From Nitrospirota bacterium (GTDB lineage Bacteria > Nitrospirota > Thermodesulfovibrionia > Thermodesulfovibrionales > Dissulfurispiraceae), in assembly GCA_963790025.1 (NCBI GenBank), contig CAWBMP010000002.1:544001-608000 (forward strand): a stretch of 64,000 bases of DNA, read 5' to 3'. Below are positions 1 to 11,061 of the stretch, one piece after another. A program made the translations under genes and the position numbers. The notes under the pieces are model-generated. The model saw only the letters and a program-made list of their open reading frames with translations. It was not told the DNA's origin and searched no databases. Position 1 is the stretch's first letter. Each line of letters begins with the position of its first letter.

Positions 1-1822
1 GCCCTTCATCAAGGAGCGCCTCTGCCCAGGGCCGCAAGGCGCCTCTCATGAATGTGCCGATAGGTACCCCAAACCCCATCTTGGGTCTTTCGATAAGATG
101 TTTGGGGACATAGCGGTCAAGCACCTGCCTGAGAAGCCATTTCCCCTGTCCGTTGCGGACCTTCATCTGTCGGGGGAGCCGCCAGGCGAACTCCACGACA
201 TGGTGATTAAGATAAGGAGCGCGCGACTCAAGGCTTATACCCATGCTGGCCCGGTCTACCTTGACCGGATATCGTCGGGGAGATAGGTGATTGCATCAAG
301 GAACATCATACGGTCCAGGAAGGAAGACAATACGGAAGATCGCTCGCTGTGAGAAAGAACGAGATCCTCCTCCCTGCCGTCGATAACGATGGATGATGGG
401 TTCTGCCACGTAGATACAAATCGTTTATAAAGCTCCTGCCCGTTTCTTACAGACATGATCTCCGCAAGTTTGCGTAGCTTGTCGCCAGGCATCCTTTGTT
501 TAGTTTTTTGGGTATGAGAATATCCAGGGACTGAAATACACTGTCCCATGTATCGGGGGACATGATGGTCAGGGCCTTCGCCATGGCCTTCCTTGCCCCG
601 ACCGGCATCCGCCCACCCTCCTCCAGATATCGGGACCCCAGAAATATCTGGTAACCGCCGAAGACCTCATCGCCGCCGTCGCCGGACAAGCTTACGGTAA
701 CGTGACGACGTGTCATTTCCGATACAAGAAAGGTGGGAATCTGCGATGAATCGGAGAAAGGTTCATCGTAGATGCGGGGAAGCCTGGGGATAACCGACAA
801 GGCCATTTCCGCAGTGACATACAGTTCTGTATGTTCGGTCCCCAGATGCCGCGCAACCGCTTTTGCATGAACTGCCTCATTGAAATCGTCCTGATGGAAA
901 CCGATCGTGAATGTTCTTACGGGGCGGCTGCTCTGAACCTACATCAAAGCGACAATCAATCGAGGAATCCACACCGCCTGAAAGAAATGCCCGAGGGCAC
1001 ATCCGCTTCCATCTGTTCCCTGACAGCCTTCCGCAACACGGCGTCCAGCTGGTCGGCAGCCTGTTCATCCGGCCCCGTAAATGGATGCCCTAAGCCCTGC
1101 TCAGCAATTTCCAGGACATCCCAATACTCCTGACTTCAGGGAAACTGCCTGCCGCGGTCGCAAGAGGGATGGTAATAAAACTTCCTGGAGAAAGCTTCCG
1201 GATGCCCTTGTATATTGAAAAAGGGGCCGGGACGTAATTATAGCGAACGTATTGGCAAAGCACATCACGGTCGATCTCCCATGATGCGGTTGCCGGGCAG
1301 GCCCTGAGGGCCTTAAGTTCAGAACCGAACAAGAAAGTGTTGCCTGCCCATCCGTAATATAAGGGCTTTTCCCCCATCCGATCGCGGGCCAGGGTCAGTT
1401 CCAGGCTGTCCCTGTCCCAGAGAGCAACAGCGAACATTCCGGTAAAGCGTTTTAAAGCATTTTCCACACCCCATGCCTTAATGGCTTCCAGCATGATCTC
1501 CGTATCAGAGTGGCCTTTCCATATAATTGTATTATTCTCTTTGAGCAACTCGTCCCTGATGTCCTTGTGGTTGTATACCTCTCCATTGAACACGATGACA
1601 TAGCGCCCATTATGGGAAGTCAGTGGCTGATGCCCCATCGGAGTAAGGTCCATAATGGCCAGCCTCCTGAATCCCAATGCAATACCGTATTCGGGATCGA
1701 CCCAATTGCCGCTATCGTCAGGCCGCAATGCCGTATTTTTCAGCCATACGGTCAACCGCACGCTTCAGCGCTTCTTCGGTGTGAGATCGTTTGATGTCGA
1801 TCAATCCGGCGAATCCGCACAT
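1..1822 (-). CDS. asnB: Asparagine synthase (glutamine-hydrolysing)-like amidotransferase, 3' truncated by the window edge and split by several frameshifts
   Basis: ATG at 1822 reads MCGFAGLID (Ntn catalytic Cys2). Fragments carry [70 protein letters not shown] and C-terminal RPKMGFGVP. The pieces lie in ORFs 1090-1761, 877-1068, 447-806 and 256-549. Confidence 0.9.
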
Positions 1823-3895
1823 TTAATAAACCTTTCGCAATTATCACGATTGTCAAAATCGCGCTCAGATTCCAGGCAAGCATGGCATAACGGAATTGTG
1901 CTGAATCATAAATGGAAAGCATCGGCAAGTGAGCGGCCAAAGCCGTCCAGGCCAAAACAAATAACCTCTCGCTAAGGATGGTCGGAAAGCAATAAAGACC
2001 GTTATGGCCAGAGTGACTAAATTCCCGATCATAAACAACTCCGCGGCAAATTTAAGAGATGGATATGTCAACCGTGGCAGCGTCCAAAGCCAACCCGACA
2101 ACTGCTTAATAACCTCATTGATATGTTGGGCCTTCCAATCCCGGCGAGAACGTCTTGTCCGGCCTGAAGATACGTCATGGGTGACAGGGTGACTGAAACA
2201 GTCGTTCCTGCTTTGGAAATGAGGTAAAACTGGTGGCCGAAATACAAATTATGAATGGGCATCAAAAATGCGAGTGCAAGCCCTGAGAGGCGCAGCCCAT
2301 GAGAGTAAAATCACGGATGCGCCAACTGCCCGTAAAGGAAAAAAAGGCCGAGCACTGCGACGGCAATAACAAAATTCGTGGTGTAAACATGGAAGCAGCA
2401 AGAAACATTCCTCCAATAAAAGCGAAAAACCGGTCCCTCTCTCCTCCCCATCGCGGGTTGGAACGCATGAACAGGTATAACCCAAAGATAAACAAGCCGA
2501 AACCCATTGCCTCGGCATATCCTAACTTGGCATTCTGGATATATTGCAGAAAGGAGAAACTGCCTAATGGCAGGAAGACAAAGAAAAGAGCACTTGCCAG
2601 AGCCCACTTATATCCGGCAACATGTTTGATTAACAGGTAAAGGAAATATGGAAGAAGGGCGACAAACGCGGTATATCCGAGATTGGTGTCACCAAAAATA
2701 TTTTTTTCTATGGAGCGGGCATAACGCATCCCGGGGGTAAACCAGTAAATCGGTTCATTCCCTTCAAACGCTTTGCTGATATCGCCATTCATCGTCGCAC
2801 GAGCAATATCCCTTCCCCAGGATTCATTAACTATGCCGTCGTCTCCGCCACCTTGGGGGGGATATTCAGACCAAGAAATTTCCCATTGCTATAATGAATA
2901 AATACGCCAATGATGATTAGGCTAAGTGCCGTGATATTGATGGCGACAACATAGGATTTCCATTTAATGTGCATCATAATAACGATCAATGCGACAATAC
3001 CCATTATGCTCAGAACGTCCCTCGCCGCACGGCCGACAGCAAGTTTTGGGCTTAGTTTCAGATTCATCGCTAATTCATATGGCTGCGGCGTTCTCGGCAC
3101 GTTCCGTGATTCGCTCAACTGTTTGAACCCCCCGGGAAAAACTGCGGGAAGATTCAACGCGTATATTCTTTTTCCCTCATTACTTACCGTAATGGTTCTC
3201 CCCGAGTAGTTCGTATGACTGATCTTTTCATAAGATCCGTCATTCTTTTGCCAGAAAACAGTGCCTTGCCACAGCAAAGTGCATCCAACAGATTGCTCAG
3301 AAAATTCGTACATAACGAAAAACGGCAACTGGACCTCGAAATTGCGGGCAAAGGTAATGGGATCATTGCCGTAAAAATTGTATTTTAAATCGTTGGCAAA
3401 GCCGCCGCGGAATTGGCTCAGATTCCTGAAAGAAAAGCCGTCCACCTGGCGGGAATATTTGGCCGCCCGCCACAATGCATCGCAGGAATAAGCATATAAC
3501 ATGGTGGGAAATGCCTTCAATTTTCGCCAGCGCTCGAGCGGAAGCTGCCCGGGAGGATACTGCTCGTTATAAGCTCGCCGCCATTCTTCGGATATTTCAA
3601 CAGGCAAATCCCGCTGCAATACGCCGTTTTCCTGGGTGCAAAGAAAAATATTATGCCCTTCTTCTATGTTTGCCCGGGGGAGCAAGCTCCTGGAATATGG
3701 CACCACAAGTATAATGCCGATGGCTGCGAGAATCCGCCATTTTTCCAGCCTTACATCGCAATAAACCAGCGCCAGCCATGAGGCCAGGACAATCACCATC
3801 TTCCACGTTTCGAGGATGGGCAGGCCGAACATTATCAACGGCGCCGCCGCCAGCGTAATTTTTGTCAATACTATGCTAAACCTGTTCTTTGCCAT
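1752..3895 (-). CDS. Large polytopic membrane protein, GT-C-like, paralog C of the ~750-aa family (frameshifted)
   Basis: Likely start MAKNRF at 3895. Fragments 2831-3976, 2262-2792, 2068-2265, 1865-2101 and 1752-1955 are collinear with paralog A (12537-14781) and share IEEGHNIFL, KYSR, FRGGFAND, PFFVMYEFS, IFGDTNLG, HNLYFGH and QFRY..L.W. A GGGDDG loop appears when the frame is repaired near 2870. The exact 3' end is uncertain. Confidence 0.7.
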
Positions 3896-3906
3896 ATACA
3901 CTTTGT

Positions 3907-4620
3907 TCAACTTCTGCGCATCAGATAAGTGGTCGCAAACGCATAGCGCAGCCACATCAGATATTGAGGTATCCATTTCAATGTACGGAAGCGGCTTTTT
4001 CCTTCCTTACGTTCGTACCATTGCACCGGATATTCCGCTATGCGGAAGCCGCAGCGATGCGCTTTCACCAGGAGTTCGATGCTGACGGCAAAGCCTGTTT
4101 TGCTTTCGATCTCGAAAGTCGCGATCACTTCGCGGGAAAACAGTCTAAAACCGTTGGTAGCATCGCGGGTTGGCAGAAAAGCGAGATTGTGGAGTATCCA
4201 TGCGGCCGATCGCGTGAGTATGGCTTTCAAAAATGGCGCGCCTTTAAAAGCGGCGCCCGGCATGAACCGGCACGGCGTAACGATGTGGCAGCCTTTTTCC
4301 ATAAGCCTGACCATGGCATCGATACTGGGCGCATTATAGTCGTCATCCGCCGGCATGACAAGTATGCATGGAGCAGTGGCGCGCCGTAACCCGGTTATTA
4401 CGGCCCCGTGCACGCCATATCCCGCATTTCGGACCAACTCAAGCGAGTGGTTTTCCGCCATTCTAAGGCTTCGCACAACAGGCAGGGTATCATCTTCTTC
4501 AAAGTCGTAACAGATCATGAGGCGAAAAGGAGTCTTCACGTGACGCTCCAGCGACTCCACAACGGAACGTATGTTTTTCCCTTCATTGAAAACAGGCATT
4601 ACTATATCCAGGGCGGTCAT
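3907..4620 (-). CDS. GT2 glycosyltransferase, polyprenyl-phosphate (Dol-P-Man synthase-like) type
   Basis: IVMPVFNE, MPADD (DxD-like), DATNGFRLF, GFAVSIELLVKA, EYPVQWYERKEGKS. The ATG at 4620 overlaps the upstream stop (ATGA). Confidence 0.85.
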   Translation of the reverse strand: MTALDIVMPVFNEGKNIRSVVESLERHVKTPFRLMICYDFEEDDTLPVVRSLRMAENHSLELVRNAGYGVHGAVITGLRRATAPCILVMPADDDYNAPSIDAMVRLMEKGCHIVTPCRFMPGAAFKGAPFLKAILTRSAAWILHNLAFLPTRDATNGFRLFSREVIATFEIESKTGFAVSIELLVKAHRCGFRIAEYPVQWYERKEGKSRFRTLKWIPQYLMWLRYAFATTYLMRRS

Positions 4621-5681
4621 ATGTGGCCTTCTCCACCGGCCGTGCACTTAATAGGAACAATGCCCTGATGCGATCTTGCAAGACAATCGAGCAGGTATTG
4701 GACGCGAAGGCCGTCCCTGATGTTCGGCGTCATGCCGCGGCCTTGCCTGATACAGTCTATCCAGCGGCCGATGATCATTCCGCTCGCAATCTTCCGGCCA
4801 TCCGCCTCGTCCTGCGCGTCCTTCATTTGACCGAGACTTTCCTCACTGCCGTCCTCGCCGCTCCGGAAACCGCTAAAACCCTTAATATAGTCCCGGGAAG
4901 GGTTGTACAGACAGACCGCCCCTTTATCACCGTATACCTCTACACGGTGCCCGCTCCCGCAAGGGGAATCCTGGCTGACCTGTACTGAAACCTTGGCGCC
5001 GCACGCGACTTCCAACCTCATGGTTGCACGAATGTCCCGCCCTGCATCAAGTTCGTCAAGCAGACATGCCGCCGAAACGATTTCACCCAGCAGCCATTCC
5101 GTATAATAGAGCACATGACTTACGAAGTTATTCAACACGCCTCCGCCTTTGTTCCGATCGAGCTTCCAGGGATGGTTGCCGGCGCGTGAGGAGCAAGTCT
5201 GCACATGCCAGTTTATGCTGGCGTGGCGGATACTCCCGAGTCTTCCTTCACGAATTACTTCGCGGGCGCGTTTCCACACGGCTGATTCCGGAAATATGAA
5301 ATCCACAGCGGACCTGTCGGCATTTTCGCAGGCGGCTTTCACGATTTGCGAAGCCGTCGGCCAGTCCGCGGCCAGGGGCTTCTCGCAAAAACAGGGAATG
5401 CCTGGGGCCGCAATGTCCGACAAAATTTCACCCTGTACAATCGGGGGAACAGCGACCACAAGCAGGTCCGGCCTTTGCTCGGAGAACATCTTGCGCCAAT
5501 CCGTGTAAGCACCGGGAATTCGATGCTGATTTGCGACCCTTTCAGTCTTCTCGCGATCGGTTCCGCAGAGGGCCGCTATTTCGCAGTCAGCCCGTTTTTG
5601 AAAAATCGGCAATAACACGTGTCGCGCATAGCCCAGACCTACGAGTCCTATACGCAACCGTTTATCCGGGAAGGGCTTCAT
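4617..5681 (-). CDS. Gfo/Idh/MocA-family NAD(P)-dependent oxidoreductase domain (in frame with the upstream membrane protein in ORF 4617-6182)
   Basis: RIGLVGLG Rossmann motif, CEKPLA and GGGVLNNFVSH. An internal Met (MKPFPD) at 5681 has no obvious Shine-Dalgarno. Confidence 0.8.
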   Translation of the reverse strand: MKPFPDKRLRIGLVGLGYARHVLLPIFQKRADCEIAALCGTDREKTERVANQHRIPGAYTDWRKMFSEQRPDLLVVAVPPIVQGEILSDIAAPGIPCFCEKPLAADWPTASQIVKAACENADRSAVDFIFPESAVWKRAREVIREGRLGSIRHASINWHVQTCSSRAGNHPWKLDRNKGGGVLNNFVSHVLYYTEWLLGEIVSAACLLDELDAGRDIRATMRLEVACGAKVSVQVSQDSPCGSGHRVEVYGDKGAVCLYNPSRDYIKGFSGFRSGEDGSEESLGQMKDAQDEADGRKIASGMIIGRWIDCIRQGRGMTPNIRDGLRVQYLLDCLARSHQGIVPIKCTAGGEGHI

Positions 5682-7844
5682 ACGCGTAAAACCAATCAAA
5701 TCCTTGTTTTCCCATATACAAGCCACCAGCATGATAGTGACTATCATGGACAAATCCCATCCGAGCAGATCATAGCGGAATTTTGTATCAAAAACAAAAA
5801 GCATGGGAATATGTACAGCTAATGCAATCCAGGCCAGCAGAGCAATGCGCGGAAATCTTTTCGGTGAAACAACCATTCCGCAAAAAGTCAGAAGCAACGT
5901 GAATAAGTTCAGCATCAGTAAAAAAGAAATCCCTTTATGGATCGGAAACTGCTGGATGGGCGGCGTCCAAAACCAGCTTTGCATCTGATGTATTACCCGG
6001 ATCAAATCCGGCGCTTGTCCATTTCCGGCGGGCCGGGCGATCCATTCGCTCAAAGCGCGAACATAGGTCATGGGAGACGCGGTCAATGAAGCCGTTGTCG
6101 CCACCGAGGTGATAAGGAAGAACTTGTGCCCGAAATACAAATTGTGCAAGGTCATAAGGACAGCTAGGCTCAACCCGGCCACGGCCAGGAATTCTCAGCC
6201 GAAACGATGGTCACGCAAAGGCCGGTATATGCAACAAATACATAGCAGAACAGCGGCAAGAGCATAATTGGGCCTCAGAAAAAAAGACCCCGCCAAACAT
6301 GCCCCGCCCAGGAACGCGGACCACCCGTCCGCGCCTCCGGCATAGCCATCCTTTTCGCCCAGGTCCCGGCTGCATTTTCATCAGCAGGACCGCGCCAGAA
6401 AAAAAGCCCGCTCCCCACCGGTTCCGCGTATCCCAGAGGCCGCAAACAACATACTGCCCGAACGAAAAACTCACAGGAGAAAACAGGAAAAAAAACGCAC
6501 TGATATATGCCCACCGCGCGCCGCATAACCGCTGTACCAGAAGAAATACCCATAAGGGAAGGCATGAGATCAACGCGGTCAGACCGAGATTTGTATCACC
6601 AAAAATTATTCTTTCCGCCGCACGGAAATAACGCATTGCAGGGGTTCCCCCGTAAACCGGCTCATATCCCTCCAGGACCTCACCGATATGCCCCTGCGCC
6701 AGGGCTTCGGCCATCCCATGGCCGAAAAACTGCATGGTATATCCATCATGACTTACCATGCGGCGTATACAGCGCTCCAAGGGGTTTGCCCCCGCTGAAT
6801 GCCACACTGGCGTATATGAACGCCATCGCTACCGCAACAAGAGCTGCCGCGTTTATAAAAGGCCTCCATTGCACACGGGCCAGGAATATATAAATTGAGC
6901 ATATGCCAATTACCGTCAGGATCGTTCCGATCACCCTGCTTGCTGCCAATACGCGATTGAGTTTCAGATGCATCGGAAAGACAGGCGTTGCCTGTGGCAT
7001 AGAAAAGAGATACACCCTCTTGCCCGCGTCTGCCAGGGTAATTGTCCTGCCGGACAGTGCGGTGTGGTCAATCTTTTCATAAGATCCGTCAGCTTTTTAC
7101 CAGAACAAAGGCCCCTTCCAGCACAATTCGCATCCCGCGCACTCTCTCGAAAATTCGTACATCACGAAAAAGGGCATCGCCCTCCTGGAAAGATCGCCTC
7201 TCCACCAATAGTACCTGTAATCGTTCGCAAACCCGCCACGGAATCCTGCAAGACTGCTGAAATCTATGCGGTCAACCTTGCGCGAATACTTTGCAGGATG
7301 CCAGAACGCATCAGCCGACCATGCATATTCCCTGTCGGGCATGCCGCCGGTGGATGCAGCAAACTGCCAGAGACATCATCCCCAAAAGGGGGCTCCTCGG
7401 AAGGATACGTTTATCGAATTGGTCCCGCCAGTCATTATAGATCCGGGCCGGGATCGACTGCTGAAGGACCCCTTTGCCCTGCGCCAGCAGCATCAGAGCG
7501 TCATGCTCCTTCGACGGAATTTTATTTCCATAGATATCCTTGCCGTTTTTCACATCGTCTGGAACGGCTGACGCGCCGGGTTCAAAAACCAGAAAAATAT
7601 TGTGCCCCTCTTCGATTCCTGCCACCGGCAGCAGGGATTTGATAATCAGGACCGCAGCGATTATTCCCGCGCACAGGAGAACCTGCTTCTTTTTTGAAAA
7701 CGACGTCGCAGTATGCCAGCGCAAGAACACCGAGGAGAACGAACAAACATCTTCCAGGTCTGCACCACCGGCAAGCCCAGAAGAACAAGTAGCGGAACTT
7801 CCCAGAAACGACTTTGCCAAAACCAGATAAGACCTGCTACTCAT
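5682..7844 (-). CDS. Large polytopic membrane protein, GT-C-like, paralog B of the ~750-aa family (heavily frameshifted; C-terminus reads into the Gfo/Idh/MocA domain)
   Basis: Start MSSRSYLVLAK at 7844 (ATGA overlap). Fragments 7311-7940, 7097-7342, 6746-7015, 6211-6807, 6275-6565 and the start of 4617-6182 carry IEEGHNIFL, AKYSR, FRGGFAND, PFFVMYEFS, IFGDTNLG, LRPNY and HNLYFGH. Confidence 0.7.
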
Positions 7845-8499
7845 TGCTTTCTTATTATCCCCAGCTTGCCGTAAATGATCTGAGAGGGCAGGCTTCTTTC
7901 TTCCATGAATTCTTTGTACGCCTGATCCGATCCATCCCACCTGTCACTGGAAGGATCGCAGTCGTCAACCACCATAATTCCGCCCGGACTCGATAGCTGA
8001 TATAACTCGGGCAGGGCTTTTCTGATGGGCCGGTGCAATCCACATCCAGAAGGACAAAGGAGAGGGGAGCAAGGTCGTTAAATCGTATTCGTTCCCGTCG
8101 GTTTCAATTGAACAGATGCCGGTGATATTGTTTTGCTCACTGCCCCGTCGAACCGTTCTTCTTGTTGGCAGAAAATCCCTCGTTGGAGAGGTTTTCGGTC
8201 TTGCCCCGATTCGACACTTAAATCTATCTCCCGGGTCGAAGCCCGAAAAAGTATCGACTGCGTAATATCTCTTGCGGATATCCTCATCGTCAATATATTC
8301 TTTGAGGAATACGGTCATGGTTGACCGTTCAAAAATACGATTTCCGCGATGTCTCCCCCGACATCTGGTCTCCTCAAGGCAACGGCAGAGAAAGCATAAT
8401 TGCGGCACGGTAAAGTTGTATGAGTACCTGGGGAAAAAAAATTTCCTCACGGAGGGATGAACAATATTTCCTTGATGATTTTTATAATCTTTTTTTCAT
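7841..8499 (-). CDS. TylF/MycF (macrocin O-methyltransferase)-like methyltransferase, frameshifted
   Basis: YAVDTFSGF, LDVD and C-terminal SPGGIMVVDD, spread over ORFs 7965-8450 and 7841-8038. ATG at 8499. Confidence 0.65.
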
Positions 8500-8510
8500 T
8501 TCCTGGCGAT

Positions 8511-9780
8511 TCAGTCGATAATCCTGGGTTCCGGCAAGGGGACGATAAACCTCCCTCGAAAACCTTTCTGTTTCAGTTTCGGCACAAGTTCGTCCGCAAT
8601 ATGCCAGGAAAAGAGAAGGGCGTACTCGGGCTGATCCTCGAATAACCTCGATTCCTCGATCACGGGTATGACGGTACCCGGAACATACTGCCGATCTTGT
8701 GGGACCCCTGAATTTCGAGAACAAAGTCGATGATCCCGTCATCCAGGCCGACATAATTGATAAGGGTGCTCGCCCGCGAAGGGGCGCTGATCCCATATAC
8801 GCGCTCTCCTCTATCCTTGATTGCAAGAAGAGTCTTTGCAGTTTCAGTTTGGAGACCACGACCTTTTTCTTGAACTCCAGAGGATCCTTCCTGTCCAGTA
8901 CAACGTGCGCCTCTGCCTTAAGAATATCTTCGACAGTCGGTTTGACGGGATAGTCTCCTTTTCTCGCAGCATAAACGCGAATGGAACCGCCATGCGTGGG
9001 GATACGTTTTGCATGGAATATCTCCAGTCCGTGGCTTTCGAGCAAATAGCGCAGGCTGTGCAGGGAATAATAGCGAAGGTGCTCATGATAAATGGTGTCG
9101 TACTGGAGTGTCTCTATCAGCGGGAGAAGATAATGCGATTCCGAAATGAAGACACCACCGGGCCCGAGCAGCCGCATGATCTGCTCCACCACTGCGTTGA
9201 CATTGTCTATATGGGCGAAGACATTCGTGGCCGTGACAAGCCTGGCGTGGCCGTGCTCGCCAATTACCCGCGAGACGGTTTTCTCCGTAAAATAGTCGAT
9301 AACAGTGGGAATACCGCGTCCGATGGCTATCTTTCCGATTTCCTCCGGGGTTATGCCAAGCACACGATGACGGTCCTTGAAATTCGAGAGCAGGTTGCCG
9401 TCATTGGAACCGATATCAACGACCAGATCGTCCTTTTTCATGTCCAGTATGGATGAGCATTCCCGGTAGAGTTCAGCAAAGTTTTCCCGCAATATTTTAG
9501 TTGTACTGCTGGTATACGGATATTCCGGCGGGAACAGGATTGCGGGATCAACAACAAGACCGAGCTGGACAAGACGGCATGTCGGGCAGAACAAGAGCTC
9601 CGCCGGATAAGCCGGCTGCTCATGGGGCTTCTCCCCGATCGGATTCATACGATTCACCGGGGGCAGATACCCCAGGAAAAAAATGGAATCCAGCTCAGGG
9701 TTGCCGCATATCTGGCAACTTTCGACAACTGCGCTGGAACCTGCTCTGCCGGAAAGAATCGATATTTCATTTTTTTTCAT
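8511..9780 (-). CDS. NDP-hexose 3-C-methyltransferase family (Zn-binding N-terminus, class I SAM domain), frameshifted in its 3' part
   Basis: CQIC...CPTC Zn motif, DIGSNDG, TNVFAH, YDTIYHEHLRYYS, THGGSIRVY. Alternative frames give YGISAPSRASTLINY and ...FIVPLPEPRIID with a stop at 8511-8513. Confidence 0.85.
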
Positions 9781-9864
9781 GTGGAACTACTCCTTTCGCG
9801 CATAATTTAGTGAACAAATTCTTTGTGATCATCGGCAACCCGGCTGGAAGCAGGCCGGAGAAGG

Positions 9865-11055
9865 CTAAATCAGTTTTCTCGATTGCAGGACCCTTATGAG
9901 ATAGGAGAAATATTTGTTCGACGGATGCTCGTGGTCAATAAAATAAGTCCTATATTTTTCTATATGCCTGTGGTCGACTATGTTCAGGTCCGGCACCATT
10001 TCGAAGGTCCTTGACAAAATCTCTCCCGGAAGGTTACCGCCTTCCTTATAAATCGGGGGTATAACGAACACAACTTTCCTGCCTTTTTCCGTAACTATCC
10101 TGTTTATATCTCTCATAATCTTCGCGATGATTTTTTCATCTCCATACTGCAATTCCGAACGGCTGTTATCGTCTATGCGTTTATCCAGGACAAGCTGACT
10201 GCCCGTCCTTCTCACGGAATCGAAAAAGAAAACTTCCTGGGCAGTCCGGGACCCGTCGGCCAAAAAAGCCAGATCGAGATTGGAACAATAATTCTTCGCA
10301 TTGTTTTTTTCCAAAATGGTGAACAAACCCATTCTGGATAGAATTTTGGAAAGAAAGAAATGCGTGCCCTCCGTATTTGCCGCAAGCCGGCTGCAATCAT
10401 TCGGCGAAAAAACTCTTTGCCTGAAATCATCCTTCTTCAGCAATCCCAAAATCAGTGTTTTGTAGTTATACGTTGCTCTCACATACATTTCAAATTGATC
10501 CAGCGATTTCAAGATATTATTTAAATGCGTGAGAAACACTGAATTCCGCGCATTGTAAAAATCAAAAAAGTCGACAATATCCGATGGAAGATTGTCCGAT
10601 TTGTCCAGGATCATTAATCCCGAAACATTTGAATTGCTGACGAACAAAGGATCGAGTATCGCTACGATTACCAATTTGCCGGGAAGTTTATCTTTGCTCG
10701 CCAGGTAAGCCAGGTAGTCTCTTGTTTCGAGTAGAGAGATATGTGGAAAATTGTAATTATAGAAATAGTTCCGGGGGACGCCTGCGGGAAACGCTGATAT
10801 GGAAAAGCCGTCCAGAATATGACAACCAAAAGCGCCCACCAGAGCCGGCTGATACTTCTCTATGAAAGCGGTTTTGATATTCGCCCTGTCCCGTTCCGTA
10901 AGACCGTAAAAACTGAATACGTTGTCCTTTTTCAGATCAAAGAAATTTATCGCGTCGTATCGCGGAACATCATGGGCCCTGACAAGAACCCCAAGAACAA
11001 GATAAGAGACTACGACGAACAGGAAACAAAGAGAATGCCTGATTTTATTATTCAC
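9865..11055 (-). CDS. Membrane-anchored extracytoplasmic protein, putative AlgJ/DltD-like (SGNH-like) partner of the MBOAT
   Basis: N-terminal TM/signal helix, VVFVIPP and a C-terminal DHEH (DxxH) motif. Lies directly downstream of the MBOAT gene. Confidence 0.55.
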   Translation of the reverse strand: MNNKIRHSLCFLFVVVSYLVLGVLVRAHDVPRYDAINFFDLKKDNVFSFYGLTERDRANIKTAFIEKYQPALVGAFGCHILDGFSISAFPAGVPRNYFYNYNFPHISLLETRDYLAYLASKDKLPGKLVIVAILDPLFVSNSNVSGLMILDKSDNLPSDIVDFFDFYNARNSVFLTHLNNILKSLDQFEMYVRATYNYKTLILGLLKKDDFRQRVFSPNDCSRLAANTEGTHFFLSKILSRMGLFTILEKNNAKNYCSNLDLAFLADGSRTAQEVFFFDSVRRTGSQLVLDKRIDDNSRSELQYGDEKIIAKIMRDINRIVTEKGRKVVFVIPPIYKEGGNLPGEILSRTFEMVPDLNIVDHRHIEKYRTYFIDHEHPSNKYFSYLIRVLQSRKLI

Positions 11056-11061
11056 AAATCC

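Noticed and set aside
2855..2861. G7 tract near a frameshift in paralog C as a phase-variation switch
   Set aside because: Comparison with paralog A places the indel in a GG just outside the tract, and similar indels are scattered through the region, which is more consistent with sequencing error.
1..9780. Calling the fragmented genes pseudogenes or programmed frameshifts
   Set aside because: The domains are complete and collinear once single-base homopolymer indels are repaired, and I saw no consistent slippery-site signal. The question cannot be settled without reads.
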